32,000 bases of DNA from an uncultured Nitrospiraceae bacterium (lineage in GTDB: Bacteria; Nitrospirota; Thermodesulfovibrionia; Thermodesulfovibrionales; UBA6898), in contig CAYXBA010000003.1 of the NCBI GenBank assembly GCA_964463135.1, positions 228,012-260,011 on the forward strand, in the 5' to 3' direction. The notes under the pieces are model-generated. The model did no database searches and was not told the DNA's origin. It saw only the letters and a list, made by a program, of their open reading frames with translations. Shown piece after piece: positions 31,131 to 32,000 of this stretch. The stretch's first letter is position 1. Every line of letters begins with the position of its first letter. Made by a program: the position numbers and the translations under genes.

Positions 31131-32000
31131 TATTTTTTACCTCCATATGAGATCGTTTCTTCCATCATTGCCTTCATATTCTGGGGCGGCACAGTCGGCC
31201 AGATATCGCAGCCCGGCCATACTGCACTGACACCGTCGTCGATGCATTTCCTGACAGCCTGGCGCACTACGTCCTCGCTTCCCGAGACCAGCACATTGTA
31301 CGCATCCATGTTGCCGAAGATAAGGGCATCAGGCCCGAGTTTCTTCCTTGACTCTGCAACATCGTTCTTCTGCTCGACGCTGATCGCCGTAGGTCCTGCC
31401 TCCATCATCGACGTCACGATATCGTTCGTCTTTCCGCAGATATGGAGCACGGAATAGACAGATATCCCCTTCATCACCTTCTGGAGCGGCGGCAGGATGA
31501 GGCTCTTGAACACCCGAGGGCTGAGCACATCGCTCGTTGCGCCCATCTCCCGCACGGTTATGAAATCCACACCTGCCTTCTCGTATTCCTTTGCCGTAAG
31601 GATAATGGCATCTGCGCAGAGATCGAGCAGCTTGGCGACCTTGTCCGCCTTCTTGAACGAAAGCTTCAGCAGGTCGTTCAGCTCCATGATCTGGCCGGCC
31701 AGGGTAAAGGGGCCGAGCACATACGAGCCGACGACAACATCGTTGCCTATATCGGCCTTCAGAAGCCTGATCGCCTCGCGCATCAGCGGGATCCTTCCCT
31801 TCTCGGAAAAGCCGTCAGGCAGCTTGATGGTATCCATCTCCGCCTCGTTATGGATGAGCTTTTCCTTGATCGTGGGGTACAGGATGCCCTCTGCCTGCGG
31901 GTACACATTGATGACGCAGCCCATTGCCTCTGCCTCAACACAGAGGTCGACCGGTACTACGCCGCATTCATACCCGAACAGCTTGTACGTGGTTGCAGCG
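31130..32000 (-). CDS. URO-D-family methylcobamide methyltransferase (MtaA/MtbA/CmuA-like MT2); 5' end outside window
   Basis: The track starts it at Met 31924, but the frame stays open to the window edge (...YKLFGYECGVVPVDLCVEAEAMGCVINVYPQ). Zn-site context LHICGKT and later WPGCDIWP. Its stop shares one nt with the corrinoid protein start (TAATG). Confidence 0.8.
   Translation of the reverse strand, partial: AATTYKLFGYECGVVPVDLCVEAEAMGCVINVYPQAEGILYPTIKEKLIHNEAEMDTIKLPDGFSEKGRIPLMREAIRLLKADIGNDVVVGSYVLGPFTLAGQIMELNDLLKLSFKKADKVAKLLDLCADAIILTAKEYEKAGVDFITVREMGATSDVLSPRVFKSLILPPLQKVMKGISVYSVLHICGKTNDIVTSMMEAGPTAISVEQKNDVAESRKKLGPDALIFGNMDAYNVLVSGSEDVVRQAVRKCIDDGVSAVWPGCDIWPTVPPQNMKAMMEETISYGGKK

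Noticed and set aside
28064-31457. Plus-strand ORFs antisense to the RACo, QueG-like, corrinoid protein and MtaA-like genes. Examples: 28064-28654, 28255-28833, 29171-29725, 29863-30753 (296 aa), 30784-31230 and 30807-31457
   Set aside because: They lie opposite strongly supported genes, and their translations are Ser/Arg/Pro-rich without domains.
22299-32000. Archaeal (methanogen) origin of the window, given the MtaA/MtaC/HdrED/ComDE-like content
   Set aside because: The same contiguous sequence carries a LolA-like gene, a lipobox signal, a GGDEF cyclase, FabF-type KS genes and SECIS-like hairpins placed immediately after in-frame UGAs, which is the bacterial arrangement. A chimeric assembly cannot be excluded from sequence alone.
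1-32000. tRNA, rRNA, CRISPR arrays, transposases, integrases and prophage genes
   Set aside because: Intergenic regions are short and none shows cloverleaf-like or rRNA-like sequence. No ORF has recombinase or transposase motifs, so none is reported.

Overview
Gene-dense window from a bacterium. Bacterial indicators are a LolA-like gene, signal peptides and a lipobox, a GGDEF cyclase, and SECIS-like hairpins inside coding regions. An anaerobic Desulfobacterota/Nitrospirota-like host is only an inference. I saw no rRNA, tRNA, CRISPR array, transposase or integrase. There are five blocks. (1) 1-8260 (+): eight translationally coupled genes: a BcrA/HgdC-type activase cut by the window edge, a LolA-like protein, a competent ketosynthase, a triad-less KS partner, three cobalamin-domain radical SAM enzymes and a DUF2062 protein. 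This looks like an orphan lipid/polyketide-tailoring operon. (2) 8261-10104: an orphan HicB-like gene and a low-GC islet with two membrane proteins of unknown function. (3) 10105-13572: a triheme cytochrome c, a head-to-head Nudix/HhH-GPD glycosylase pair, a GGDEF cyclase and a DUF815 ATPase. (4) 13810-21454: a copper locus with SHOCT, CopA, an FMN-bind protein, a NapH/CcoG-like polyferredoxin with a Met-rich periplasmic domain, and an Ig-like periplasmic protein. It ends in a PCYCGC-family gene with an in-frame TGA (candidate selenoprotein, U-x-x-C). A divergent MsrA has TGA at its catalytic Cys codon (G-U-FWG). Each TGA is followed 13-14 nt later by a stable hairpin. (5) 22299-32000 (-): one same-strand array: an MtaA-like methyltransferase (truncated), a corrinoid protein, a QueG-like Fe-S protein, a RACo-type corrinoid activator, two small unknowns, an HdrE/DsrM-like cytochrome b, an HdrD/DsrK-like CCG protein, a cysteate-synthase-like PLP enzyme and a fused sulfopyruvate/phosphonopyruvate-type decarboxylase. 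This is a methanogen-like methyl-transfer, heterodisulfide and sulfonate toolkit in a bacterial context. All functional calls rest on motifs read by eye; no searches were run.
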